Assembly: GCF_009914755.1 (NCBI RefSeq)
Contig: NC_060934.1
Direction: 5' to 3' (one strand)
DNA length: 64,000 nt
DNA from: the human T2T-CHM13v2.0 reference genome, Homo sapiens
The position numbers and the translations under genes are program-made. Within the stretch, counting starts at the first letter, position 1; every line of letters starts with the position of its first letter. Below are positions 1-13,597 of this stretch, one piece after another. The notes beneath the pieces are model-generated. The model was not told where the DNA came from and did not search any database. It saw only the letters and a program-made list of their open reading frames with translations.

Positions 1-3000
1 TGGACCTTATGAATGATGTTTTTTGAAATTTGCACAAATTAAGTTTCACTCTTTGTACTATAAGGCTCTAAGGGTTTGAACGACGAATGCAGTGGCACAC
101 ATCCACCATTATATTATCATAGAGAATAGTTTCACTGCCCTAAAAATTCCTCTGTGCTTCACCTATTCAACCTCTTCACCCTAAACTCTGGCAACCGCTG
201 ATATATTTAACTGTTTTTGTAATTTTGGTTTATCCGGAATGTCATATATGTGGAATCACATAGTATGTAGCCTTTTTAGAGTGGCTTCTTCTACTTCACA
301 GAGTTTTGTCTATGTATTTGCATGGCTTGATAGTTCATTCCTTTCTATCACTGAATAGTGTTCCTTTGTCTGGATGTACTAGTTTGTTGGTTTCTCCATT
401 CACCTGTTGAAGGACATCTTGGTTGCTTCCAGTTTTGGCAATTATGAATAAATCTGCTGTAAATATTCATGCGCAGGTTTTTATGTGGGCATAAGTTTTC
501 AGATCATTTGGGTAAATAACCTAGGAGCCTTATTGCTGCAGCATAAGTGAAGACTCTGTTTAGCTTTGTGAGAAACTGGCAAACTGTCTTCCAAAGTGGC
601 TATATTATTTTGCATTTCACCAGCAATGAATGAGAGTGTTTGTTGCTCCGCATCCTCACCAGCAATTGGCATTGCCAATTTTTTAATTTAAGTCGTTCTA
701 GTAGGTATTTAGTGGTATCTCATTGTTGTTTAAATTGTCATTTCCCAAGTGACAAATGACAGTGGATATCTTTTTGTATACTTAACTTGCCATGCATGTA
801 TCTTCTTTGATATCATTCAGATATTTTGCCTATACTTTAATTGGCTTGTTAGTTTTATTGCTGAGTTGTAATAGTTCTTTGTATATTTTGGATACAAGTC
901 CTTTATCAGATACATATTTTGCAAATGTATTTTTTTCCAAACTGTGGCTTGTCTTTTTTGATTCTTTCTCTCTCTTTTTTAAAATTTTACTTTAAGTTCT
1001 GGAATAGACATGCAGAACATGCAGGTTTGTTACATAGGTATACATGTGCCATGGTGGTTTGCTGCACCTATCAACCTGTATTGTAGGTTTTCAGCCCTGC
1101 ATGCATTTGGTATTTGTCCTAATTCTCTCCCTCCCCTTGTCCCCCACCCCCTAACAGGCCCCGGTGTGTGATGTTCTCCTCCCTGTGTCCATGTGTTCTC
1201 ATTGTTCAACCCCCACTTATGAGTGGGAACATGCAGAGTTTGGTTTTCTGTTCCTGTGTTAGTTTGCTGAGAATGATGGCTTCCAGCTTCATCCATGTCC
1301 CTGCAAAGGACATGAGCTCATTCTTTTTTATGACTGCATAATATTCCTGTTGTATATGTGCCACATTTTCTTTATCCAGTCTGTCACTGATGGGCATTTG
1401 GGTTGGTTCCAAGTCTTTGCTACTGTAAATAGTGCTGCAGTAAACATACGTGTGCATGTGTCTTTATGGTAGAATGATTTATAATCGTTTGGATATATAT
1501 CCAGTAATGGGATTGCTGGGTCAAATGGTATTTCTGGTTCTGTTTCTCTTAAAAGTGTCTTTCTCAAAGCTGAGTTTTTAATTCTAAAAGGTCCAAATTG
1601 TCAATTTTTTTCTTTCATATATTGTGCATTTGATATAGTATCAAAAAAAAAAAACCTCTTCATCACCAAACCCAAAGTTATATATAGATTTTCTTTTGGA
1701 AGTTTCATAGTTTTATATCTGAGTTAATTTTATGGAAGGTGTAGGTCTGTGTCTAGGTTCATTTTTATATAGATGGATATCCAGTTGTTAGAGCACCATT
1801 TGTTGAAAATACCATTCTTTCCCCATTGAATTGCCTTTGCATCTTTTTTTTTTTTAATCTATGGCCTATATTTGTGTTTGTCTATATTTGGGCTTTCTAT
1901 TCTGATACATTGATCTTTATGTCTATTCTTTTACTAACACCATGCTGTCTTGATTATTATGAGTATAGCTTAATAGTAAGTCTTGAATTTGGGTAGTGTG
2001 AATCCTCCATATTTGTTTTTCCTCTTCAGTATTGTTTTGGCTATTCTTGGTCTCTTGTCTTTACATTTAAACTTTAGAATCAGTTTGCTGATATCCACAA
2101 AATAACTTTGCTGATACCCACAAAATAACTTGCTGGGATTCTTACTGAAATTGCATTGAATCTATAAATCAAATTGGGAACAACTGACATCTTAACAATA
2201 TTGAGACTTTCAAAATGAACCCAGACTATTTCCCATTTATTTAAATCCTCTTTGATTTCTCTCATCAGTGTTATGAAGTTTTCTGTATGTGGGTCCTATA
2301 AATATTTTGTTAGGTTTATATCTAAATATTTCTCATTTTTTTCTGATGCGATTGTAAATGGTATTTTTCATTTCAAATTGGAAGACTCCAATTGTTCATT
2401 GCTGTATATGGTGAAAAATTAACTTGTATATTGACCTTGTATCTTGTAATCTTGCTATAGTTACTGATTACTTCCAGCATATTTTTGTAGATTCTTTGTT
2501 ATTTCTACATTGCCAATTATGCCATCTAAAATAAAGACAGTTTTATTTCTTTTGTTCCAATCTGTATAGCTTTTACTTCTTTTTCTTGTATTTTTTTCTA
2601 TTAACTAGGATTTCCAGTATGATGCTGAATCAGAGTGATAAGAAAGGACATCTTTTCCTTATTCGTGGTCTCAGGGGAAAATTGTTCAGGATCTCACTAA
2701 AAAGAATGATATTAGCAATAGGTTTTAAAATATATGCTCTTTATCAAATTGAGGAAGTTTCTGTGCATTCCTTTTTGAGAGTTTTTTTTCTTATGAATGA
2801 ATGTTAGAATTTTTCAAATGCTTTTTCTGCATCAATTGACGTGATCATATGAGTTTCCTGCTTTAGCCTGTTGATATAGTAGATTACATTAATTGATTTT
2901 TTAATGTCAAACCAGCCTTGCATACTTGGAATAAATCCTACTTGGTCATAGTGTATAATTTTTTTACAGATTATTGAATTGTATTTGCTAATATTTTGTT

Positions 3001-4055
3001 GAGGATTTTTACATATATGTTCATGAGAGATATTAGACTGTCATTTTCCTTTCTTATAATGTGTTAATTTGGCTTTGATATTAGAATAATGCTGGCCTCA
3101 CAGAATGATTTAGGAAGCACTTTCTTTGCTTCTATTTTCTGGAAGAAAATGTGGAGAATTGGCATTATTTCTTTAGTAAATTGTTGGTGGATTCACCAGC
3201 GGAACCATCTCAGCCTGGTACACTTCTTTGGGAGGTGGAGGAAGAAAGGTTACTTATTAATTTCTTTAGTAAATATAGGGCTATTCAGATTGTCTGTTTC
3301 TCCTGTAGGTTTTGGTAGTTTATGTTTTTTAAGGAGTCAGTCCATTTCATCTAAGTAATCCAATTTGTAGTTATAGGGTTGTTCATAATATTTCTTTATT
3401 ATCCCTTCAACGTCCGTGGGATTAGTAATAATGACCCAGGTTTTATATCTGATATTGGCAATTTGTGTCTCCACAAAGAAAAACAACAGAAAAACAACAA
3501 AGAAAATCAATATAACAAAAGGTGGTTATTAATCTTTTCAAATAACTGGCTTTTTGTTTTATTGATTTTCTTTGTTGTTTTTCTGTTTTCAATCATTGGC
3601 TTCTCCTCTAATTATTTCTTTTCTTCTACATGTATCAGGTTGAAATTGTTCTTTTTTAAGTTTAATTTCATAACCTAGAATCAGATTATTGATCTTTCTT
3701 CTTTTATAATATATGCAGATAATGCTACATATTTCCCTCTAAGCACTGCTTTTGCTGCATGTCGCAAATTTTTCCAGCTATCTTTCTGTTACTGATCTAT
3801 AATTTAATTATTTTGTGGCCTGAAAACATACTTTGTATGGTCTATATTTGTCAAAATTTTTGAGGTGTGTTTTATGGCTCATAATGGGATCTATCTTGGT
3901 GAATTTTCCATGGGATTTTAGAAAAATGTATATTCTACTGTGTTTGGATGAAGTATTCTATATATTCAGTTACATAAAGTTGGCCATGCTGTTCAGATCA
4001 TTCATATCCTTATCGATTTTATGCCTACATGATCTACTGATAGAAGGGTATTAAA
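1..4055 (-). mobile_element. Old L1 (L1MC-like): degenerate ORF2 and 3' UTR, interrupted by an L1PA at ~975-1541
   Basis: Antisense L1MC 3' UTR motifs (gaatagtttcactgccctaaaaa, ctggcaaccgctgat, ccggaatgtcatat) and ORF2 remnants; the minus ORF 2080-2265 (EIKEDLNKW...LNIVKMSVVPNLIYRFNAI) is L1 ORF2-like. Confidence 0.9.
975..1541 (-). mobile_element. 5'-truncated L1PA (L1PA7/8-like) 3' end inserted in the older L1
   Basis: Begins ttttaaaattttactttaagttctgg...catgcaggtttgttacatagg; minus ORFs give the ORF2 C-terminus (EIPFDPAIPLL...KTWNQPKCPS, MSFAGTWMKLEAIILSKLTQEQKTK). Confidence 0.95.
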
Positions 4056-4224
4056 GCAGTGACGACATTTTGACTTTTGAAACAAAATCGCCCCCCAACA
4101 CTGAATAGGTTCTGAATCTGTCCCAGTTGTCTTTTTGCAGATTATGAAAGTGGGTATCCTTGAAAACGGATGGTAGTAAATGTCTTAGAATTACTAAGAT
4201 TTTTTTTCATTGGAGATATGAGAA

Positions 4225-4335
4225 AACTTGTCTGAGCAGCCACTTATGTAAGATATTGTGGAAGGGAATCATGAATAAGGGAAAAATGAATTAGATGATT
4301 CCTAAGATCCTTTGACCTCCGGGAATCTGTCCTAC
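4225..4335 (+). mobile_element. MIR3/MIRc-like 3' fragment
   Basis: gaattagatgattcctaagatcctttgacctcc resembles the MIR3 end (ggactagatgacctctaaggtcccttcc). Confidence 0.45.
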
Positions 4336-5904
4336 CTCGGGTGCTTCTGAATTCTCTTGGTGATATTTTTTACTTGACTTTTCTACTTCCTTTCTCCTAT
4401 CTTTGTTCCTGCCTCAGAGTCCTGATATTTTTTTCCTCACAAATAGAGCTTATCTGTTAAATAAGACCTAATTTGTGACCTCTGACCAATATATAAGAGT
4501 ATACTTAATGGGGAACCTATTGGGTCAAATTTCTTTCTGGTTTTTCCTGAAATCATCCTGTCCCATGAAGTTCCTTTTTCAAAACATTCAGAACAAGGGG
4601 AAACCAATCTCTACCCCCATGTGAGCCAGAGTGTTGAGTCTGAAAAAGCTGGAGAAAAATAAGGAGTATTTATTAATACTTCTGGCCAAAACAGTGATTC
4701 TTTTGCTGCCTTCTCCTGGAACAAAATCTTAAGGGAAAAAAATGAACTCTTTAAGACACATGAACATAGATAGTACAGAAGATTCCTCTAAGTGGGGAGA
4801 GAGAGTCCAGGACGGGCTTGCTGTACTGCCATTTGCAGTTTTATCCCAGAAAAATGAAGAGTGTGGGGAAACTAGCAAAGGGCTGTTTTCTGACATTTGT
4901 AAATCAGTCATGCAAATTAACAAATGCCTTATGCTAATACTAAAGAAATTACTTAAGCCTTTTCTCTCTAGTTATTCTTTGGGTTTTCTTGGGATTCTCT
5001 GACTTCAGGAGATTTTATCTGTGTCTAAGGACCGTAAGAAAAGGGTTTTGATTGGGATTAGCAGAGAAACCTGGCAAAAAGATTGACATATGCCCTGGGA
5101 AAGGAACAGAAAATTTGAAATCAGAATTATCAGGGAAAACTCAGGAAAGAATGTCTGCTGTTTATTGCTCACCTCTTCCACAAGGATCTCCCTTTGAGAA
5201 AGAACCTTGTAACTATTCATGAGCTCTCAGAGTTTCATGTGAGATGGATGAATGACCAGCATTTTCATTCCATTTTTGTAGAAAAGTGTGAGAAACAGTA
5301 AGGTTTTAATTATTTGCTCAAGGACAGGAATGGGCTTCTAATTCTAGTTCCTATTCACTGCCTGAGCACTTTCACAGCCTGTAATATTTAAATTACTGCT
5401 TAAATGTTTTATTTAATGATGAATGGTTTTTGCCATCATAGACGAGAAATTGCTGTGGCCATTTTCTTGCTTGAGTATTCAGTGTCTCTGAGATGGTAGG
5501 CTTATTCTTCGAGGGCCTCAAATGGGAGATCTGTATTAAACATGTTTCCAAAGGCTAATTTCTTAAAGGGAGAAAGAAAGAAAATGCAGTCTCAGTTTCC
5601 TGTCCATTAGCCTTCAGTTCATTGCTCCAAAAAAAAAAAAAAAACTGGGAGCTGTTTTGGCAAATAACCCTATGTTCTCGGGATAGTATCTGTGGAAACT
5701 CCCTTAAACTTTACAATGAAACAGAAAATGTAATAAAACAATAAAGCAAAGCAAAACATACACACACACACACTCTGTCCAAGGAGTCATAGCTAGAAGT
5801 CTGCAAGAAATTTCTGAGCTATCTCTTCCAAGAAAAAGACAGTATCTGTGCAAAGATATCAAAGAGAGATTCTAAAAGCAGAAGATAAAACTCAGTATTA
5901 TCTG

Positions 5905-6019
5905 GTTAGGATAATCAGCTTAATTTAATCATTTCACAATGCATACATGTCTCAGAATATCACATGTATATATCACATGCATCTACAATTTTTATGTATC
6001 AGTTATACAGAAAAAATAA
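5905..6019 (+). mobile_element. L1MA-type 3' terminal fragment
   Basis: aatcagcttaatttaatcatttcacaatgcatacat...tacaatttttatgtatcagttatacagaaaaaataa matches L1MA 3' ends. Confidence 0.75.
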
Positions 6020-6182
6020 GTTTCATAACCAAACTGTTGTACATGCTGCTTAAATAAGATCTGAGCACTTTCATGTGATGGCAGGTTTGGGTTTTCTGCT
6101 TGGAATGCCCTCTTTCAATTCCCCATACCTGCTGGATTAAGATTAAGAAAGATAGATATATCTGATGCGATTTCTTTTATTA
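6020..6182 (+). repeat. Copy A of a ~160-bp diverged direct repeat (copy B at 7142-7304)
   Basis: Manual alignment to 7142-7304 gives about 28 differences in ~160 nt. Confidence 0.9.
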
Positions 6183-7141
6183 AAGCTGAAAAACAAAAGG
6201 AAACCAAGAAAAAACCCCTCATTATTATGTAACTATTTGGTTCCGTAATGAGCAAATTATTAATTCAATATGGTACATCAAGACGTAAGTGCGTCTGTGT
6301 GTCTCAGCTTCGGCATCTGTAAAATGACTCATTAACCTGTGAACCCCCTTTCATTGTAGACTTTTGTGATTCGATCAGATCCTTCTGCGCTCCCAGAGTT
6401 CAAGCAGGAGTAAGCAATTCCTTTGACGATATTTGGGAACCTCGCTATTCACAGTAAGGAATCCATTCCTTCCTCCCCTTCTGCTAAGACTTGGCATTTT
6501 TGTGATTAATTATATACGATATGGCCTCCTCATATGCTAGGTTTCAGTGTTTTTTCCAAGCTCCTTCTTGCTTCCCAGGACTTGGTTTTTCCTAAAGCTT
6601 TATTTTTGCTGACAATGAAATCTTCCCCCTCACTGCCCAGAATCTTTCACAGATGTTCCCTCTATCAACAGAGCAGCAGCTGCTGCCTGGACACTGAGAG
6701 CCCGAGGAATCCACTGGTGTCTTTTCATCTTGACAAATATTATTGAAATAAGCAAATAACTTTCAAAAAAAAATCCCAGAAGAGTCTATGTATGTGATCC
6801 TTTCCCTGTCACTTTCTTTTCAAAACTTGTCTTCATTTTGATGCTTTTATCACCAGGGATAAAGATTTAGAAGGGTTCCATAAATTGCAAGAGAAAGCAG
6901 TAATTGCCTTTTGAGTTCAGCATACCACGCAAAGCCAATGTGAAGCATGGAATGGCTCAGATCTGTAAGGGATGCTTTCTACCTAGAGCTCACATTTAAC
7001 ACTGAGCAGAACGATGCCCTTGCAGCTATGCCTGCAAGCAGAGTGCAGCACATCTGAATCTTGAAATCGAGGTCCATTTTGCTGAAATGAGGCTAGAAAA
7101 CCATCTAAGGGAAAGTTATGTTTTCCAAAAATAAAAATGGA

Positions 7142-7304
7142 GTTTGATACCAATCTATTGTACATGCTGTTTAAATAAGATGTGAACACTTCCATGTGAT
7201 TGCAGGTTTTGGTTTTCTGTTTGTAATGCCTTCTTGCAATTTTCTCATACCTGCCGGCCTAAGGTTAAGAAAGGCAGATGTCTCCGATGTGATGTCTTTT
7301 ATTA
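7142..7304 (+). repeat. Copy B of the ~160-bp diverged direct repeat
   Basis: ttgtacatgctgtttaaataagatgtgaacacttccatgtgattgcagg... aligns colinearly with 6020-6182. Confidence 0.9.
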
Positions 7305-7544
7305 CTTACAGACTTGATATGTAATTTTGATAGAGCTAAGCCCATTATTAACCTTGAAGAGGGTGTTGTAAAGTAAGTTAAACAGTAGCTTAATATTTTT
7401 ATTTGCAGGAAACACACACAAAATTAGATATAGTAATATCTATTTATATTAGGTATATATATAAAATAAGTAATGTATAATGTATGTTTTTTATATATAC
7501 GCATATATATATATATGCACACACATCTATAAACAAAAGTGGAG

Positions 7545-7705
7545 GATGAAATGGCCTACATTAGGTGCAAAGAAACCTGTATTCTAGTCCTGTCTCAAAG
7601 ATAATTTTAGAATGTCATTTCCATTCTCTCTGTTTCCTTGTCAATGTAAAATAGTGATGATATCATCTGACCTACTTCCTTTATAGCCTCAAATGAGAAA
7701 ATGCT
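7545..7705 (+). mobile_element. MIR fragment
   Basis: aacctgtattctagtcctgtctc...tctgtttccttgtcaatgtaaaatagtgatgata resembles the MIR core. Confidence 0.6.
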
Positions 7706-7996
7706 GTAGGAAGACAAATTTAAATGTAAAGTCTGGGTGGCTCCTGTGCGATACACATGCAGGAAGAAATGCATGCTCGTCCTGCAGCAGACCTCCTCAC
7801 TCTGTAAACATTCACATGATTGGAGGCAAGCACGATGTATAACAATTCAGATTCATGTCCTCCCAAGAGGAAGGGTGGCTTTCTTGCCTGAAAAGCGTCA
7901 TTGCAGAATGACTTTCAATAGCAAGTTCTAGTGTATTTTAAAAGGTTTCTGTATGCAAGAGCGTGTTCATTGTGCAGAGCAGAGTGTCTGTTTTAA

Positions 7997-8140
7997 AGCA
8001 GTGGCTCTCAGCTCTCATTGTTCTGCAGAATCACCTGGGCCCTACCCCAGAGCTTCTGATTCATTTGGTCTGAGATGAGGCTTAGCCGTGGTTTTAGTTT
8101 TAAGCTCCCTGGAGATTCTAATGGACAGCCAGATTTTATA
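7997..8140. mobile_element. MER5A/B (hAT-Charlie) MITE
   Basis: cagtggctctca...agaatcacctggg...ccccagagcttctgattcatttggtctg...aagctccctggagattctaatg. Confidence 0.8.
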
Positions 8141-9367
8141 GCATTATCTGTGAATGTGAAGATACAACATTGGCTGCACACACAGCAAAAATGACTGTAT
8201 TTAAATGACTATATCCAAGTACATACTGTAAATTAAAGTACATTTAATTTCACCATACAGGAGATTATCAAAGCACATATAGAAGATGGTCTCCCTTCTC
8301 TTTTTTTCTCCTCCCTCTCTCCCTCTCTCCTTTCTCTTCCCCTCAAGGTCTATAAGTCCATCAGATAACTGGAGATGACAATTTCCCGCTATATTGTGCA
8401 TATCAGTTCAGACTAAATCCTCTGGAGGAAATTTCGTTTCCTTTTCCTATAAGAAATTGGCCTTTTAAACAAGTACATTTTAGGTAAAAGCTTTTCTAGT
8501 TGATGTGTTCAGTACCCCTTTATTGCAATAAAAATCATGTGGTCTTGAATAAGTTTGAATGCTCTTGACTTAGGGAGTAGAGCTATTTTACCCATCTAAA
8601 GTTTATGCTGGCTCCTTTCCCCTGTCTGTACTTCAGCCTTGAAAAATGGCAACAGCGCCTTGAATATCGGGGTGGCATCATTTTATGGATCCCACTCTTT
8701 AAAAGCATGACCTGTGAAACTTAAAAACTTCTAAAGCTTAGGAGCGTTGCTTTTGACCAGAAGACCGCTTCTTGGGAAATTAAAGATGGGTTTACGTTTA
8801 TGAATGGAATTAAGACAGAAATCTTTAAATTAAAGTAATTCAGAGCCACCCATAACAGAAGGCTCGTGGGGCAAGAGTTCTGTTTCCTGCCCCTGGAAGG
8901 CTCTCATGGTTTTGTGGAGTTCTGCTGATATCTTCCCTTTCAGCATCAGAGAGGAAATGTTTGTTTTGGCCATCGTGGGGCCCTGGATCTTTCTCCTAGG
9001 CCAGCGTGGGAGATGGAGAAGGGACATCAACAGAACGGGTTCCGATTGCTGCCTCTAACCATGAAATACGGTAGAGTTTCTTCAACCATCTAGAAAACGG
9101 AGATTAGACCACAGGGTTGTAAGGGGAGTCTGCTAGTGGATGCCGCCATGTTTTACGTAGGATTTGAGTCCCATGTCGAAGGAACACCTCCCTTCTAAAG
9201 CCCGTGACTATTGGCTGTTCTCACATGGTCCAGGTACCTGGGTGAAGGGGAAAAAAATCAGACAACAGCCTCTCTCACTATCCTGGACTCCCCCGTCCTT
9301 CTTCTGAAATTGCAAGCTTCTTAATTACAAACAACAATATCCATTTTGGCTAATTTTCTTTATCTTT

Positions 9368-10135
<768 letters not shown>

Positions 10136-10157
10136 CTTTAAAAAAAAAAAATTGGCC

Positions 10158-10460
10158 AGCCAGGTGTGGTGGCTCATGCCTGTAATCCCAGGACTTTGGG
10201 AGGCCGAGGCAGGCAGATCACAAGGTCAGGAGTTTGAGACCAGCCTGGCCAAAATAGTAAAACCCCATCTCTACTAAAAATACGAAAAAAAAAAATTAGC
10301 CGAGCATGGTGGCGGGTGCCTGTAATCCCAGCTACTTGGGAGGCTGAGGCAAGGAATATCGCTTGAACCTGGGAGGCGGAGATTGCAGTGAGCTGAGATC
10401 ACGCCACTGTACTCCAGCCCAGGCGACAGTGGGAGACTCCATCTCAAAAATAAAAAAATT
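10158..10460 (+). mobile_element. AluS (AluSg-like)
   Basis: Dimeric Alu; TSD aaaaaattggcca on both sides. Confidence 0.97.
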
Positions 10461-10479
10461 AAAAAATTGGCCAATATAA

Positions 10480-10910
10480 GTAGCAAAGGAAGTTATTAAA
10501 TTATATCTGGTAGTTTAATAATCTCCAGAAAGGCTAGACAGCAACACTCTGAAATTACACAACTAGAAAAAAATGCCCAAACATGTGGCAGGATTTTCTC
10601 CAGTAAGAAGATGATTGCTATCACTGCATGGTACCTATGTAACTTGGGACTGAATCCTAACACTCCACCACTGCTGACTCTCAAAGTTCTTTGGAAGAAT
10701 GAATTGCCAAGACATGGCCCTTGAGTATTGCTCATTTCTGAATCCAAGGCTTTCAGAGCTACGCTGATTGGAAACCTAGGTCACACATGCCTCTACTTTA
10801 ACCACGAAAGAATCTGGAAATGCAAGTGTTTCAGCTTCCTCCTTGGATCTCATAATACGAGAAATTATCAGACTCTAGGAAGGATGTTTGAATATGTTGG
10901 AGAGCCACAA
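10480..10910 (-). mobile_element. Old MLT1-type MaLR LTR (degenerate)
   Basis: gattggaaacctaggtcacacatgcc...ctggaaatgcaagtg resembles the antisense MLT1 motif cattggccagaactgggtcacatggcc...ctgggaaatgtagt. Confidence 0.5.
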
Positions 10911-10924
10911 AAGATAATAATAGC

Positions 10925-11490
10925 AACATCAATTGCAAACAATAACAGGTAACATTTATTGATCACACCTTACATGTTAGGCATTCTTTTAAATATTTTT
11001 ATTAATGCTTTTAATCTTCACAATAACCTAATGGGGTGCACAATATTATTGTCCCTAGTTTACCAGTAAGGAAACTGAGACATAGATATTAGTTTATTTA
11101 TTTTTATTTTTATTTTTTTGAGATGGAGTCTCTGCTCTGTCACCCAGGCTGGAGTGCAGTGGCGTGACCTCAGCTCACTGCGACCTCTGCCTCCTGGGTT
11201 CAAGTGATTCTCTTGCCTCATCCTCCTGAGTAGCTGGGATTATAGGCGCCCCCCACCATGCCTGGCTAATTTTTGTATTTTTAGTAGAGACGGAGTTTTG
11301 CCATGTTGGCCAAGCTGGTCTCAAACTCCTGACTTCAAGTGATCCATCTGCCTTGGCCTCCCAAAGTGCTGGGATTACAGGTGTGAGCCACTGTGCCCGC
11401 CAAGAAACTGAGACATAGGTATTTTGTAAGTTGTCCACGATGACTAACAAGGAAGAAGCAGAGGCATAATCCATATGAGTTCTTAACTCT
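10925..11490 (-). mobile_element. MIR split by an Alu
   Basis: taacatttattga...tttaatcttcacaataaccta...aggaaactgagacatag, continuing after the Alu as aagttgtccacgatgac. Confidence 0.8.
11091..11401 (-). mobile_element. AluS (AluSx-like)
   Basis: Antisense dimeric Alu; TSD gaaactgagacatag at 11071-11085 and 11404-11418. Confidence 0.97.
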
Positions 11491-11514
11491 TACATCTTTC
11501 TTTTTCAAAACACA

Positions 11515-13090
11515 TGCTGGAAAATAGTTTGGCCATTTCTTATGAAATTAAGCAATTACATTCTTGGGCATTTATCCCAGAGAAATGAACATTTCATTTC
11601 TCACAACAAATGTTCAGAGCAGCTTTTTGGTACTAGACATGCCCTCCCACTATAAACAACAAATGATGATGGAACAATTAGACATCCATCTGCAAAAACA
11701 TTAACTTCGATTCTCACACCATCTTTTAAAAATTAACTCAGCAAGGTTGCCGACCTCAATATAAAACTTAAAACTATAAAACTTCTAGAAGAAAGCATCA
11801 GAGAAAATGTTTGTGACCTTGTGTAGGCAAAGATTTCTTAGATATGAAGCTAATACTGTGATCCAAAAGTTGATAAATTGGACCTCATTGAAACAAAACA
11901 TCAGACAAAAAAATGTGTTTTCTCTTTGAAAGACATCATTAAAAGAATGAAAAGACAAACCACAGACTGGGAGAAAATAGGTCTAAATCCTCTCTGTGAT
12001 AAATGAATTGTATCCAGAATACGTACAAGGAACTCTCAAAACTCAATAAGAGGAAAGCAAACAGCCCAATTTTTTAAGTGGGCAAAAAAATCGAGCAGGC
12101 ATATTACCAAAGAAGGCATATAGATGACCAATAAGCATATAAAGAGATTCCTAACAGCATAAGTCATTACAGAAATGAAAATGGAAACTAGTGACCTGTT
12201 CCTGCACACCTATTACAATGGCTAAAATTAAACAACTGACTATATCAAGTGTTGGCAAGTATGGGGAGGGACTGGAAAGCCCATACACTGCTGGTGGGAA
12301 TGTAAAATGCTACAGTTGCTTTAGAAAACAGTTTTGTAGTTTCTTAAAAAGTTAAATAGGTATCTATCATATGATGTAACCATTTAACTCCTTGGTGTCT
12401 ACTCAAGACAGAAGAATTTATATTTCTATACAAATATGTATATAGTATATCCATAGAGCTTTATCTGTATTAGCCCAAACTGGAAGCAACCCAGATGTCC
12501 TTCAGTGTGGATGATTACACCAATGTGATACATCCATACAATGGACAACTACTCAGCAACAAAGAAACAAACTATGGGTTTATGCAACAACTTGGATGGA
12601 TCTCAGGGGGATTATACTGAATGAAAAAAGCCAATTCCAAAGGGTTACTTGCTATATGACTTCATTCACAGAAAATTGTTGAAATGACAAAATTATTTAT
12701 TAAAACAGAGAATGGATTAGTAGGTGCTGGAGTTGGGGCTGGAAGGGGCATGGGAGAAAGGTGTGTGGTTATAAAAGGACAGCATGAGGAATGCTTGTGG
12801 TGGTAGAATTGTTGTGTATCTTGACTGGGTGGTAGATACACAATCCTACACGTGTGGCAAAATTGAATGGAAGTAAACACACACAGACACCACTGAAAGC
12901 ATACAAAACTGGGGAAATCTGAATACGATCCATGGATTGAATCACTGTCCACATCATGGTTGTGATATTATACTAGAACACTTTTGCAAGATGTTACCCT
13001 CGGGGGAAATGGGCAAAGCATTCACATGATCTGTCTGTGTTATCTCCTTTAATTGAATGTGAATCTACAGTTTTCTCAAAAAGAAAACTT
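11515..13090 (+). mobile_element. L1MD/L1MC-type ORF2 end and 3' UTR
   Basis: aaactataaaacttctagaagaaa, aaaagacaaaccacagactgggagaaaat; terminus gttaccctcgggggaaatggg...tgtgaatctacagttttctcaaa. Confidence 0.9.
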
Positions 13091-13279
13091 TAAACACACA
13101 CACACCAAGACAACAGCGTGAGATAAGATGCCCTTTTTAATTTTCAGAAGCTGAATTTGGAGGCTGAACAGGAAAATCAAAATTTATTTTTGTGTGTGCC
13201 TTTTAGAACACAGGGTTAACATTCAATTTCCTTGAGCATGGAAGGGTTTCTGTATATATTATTCAACTATTAATCATGA

Positions 13280-13577
<298 letters not shown>

Positions 13578-13597
13578 TATTAATCATTATTTTAACT

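Noticed and set aside
1030-1567. ORFs resembling L1 ORF2 C-terminus
   Set aside because: These are broken fragments of a truncated L1PA, not a gene.
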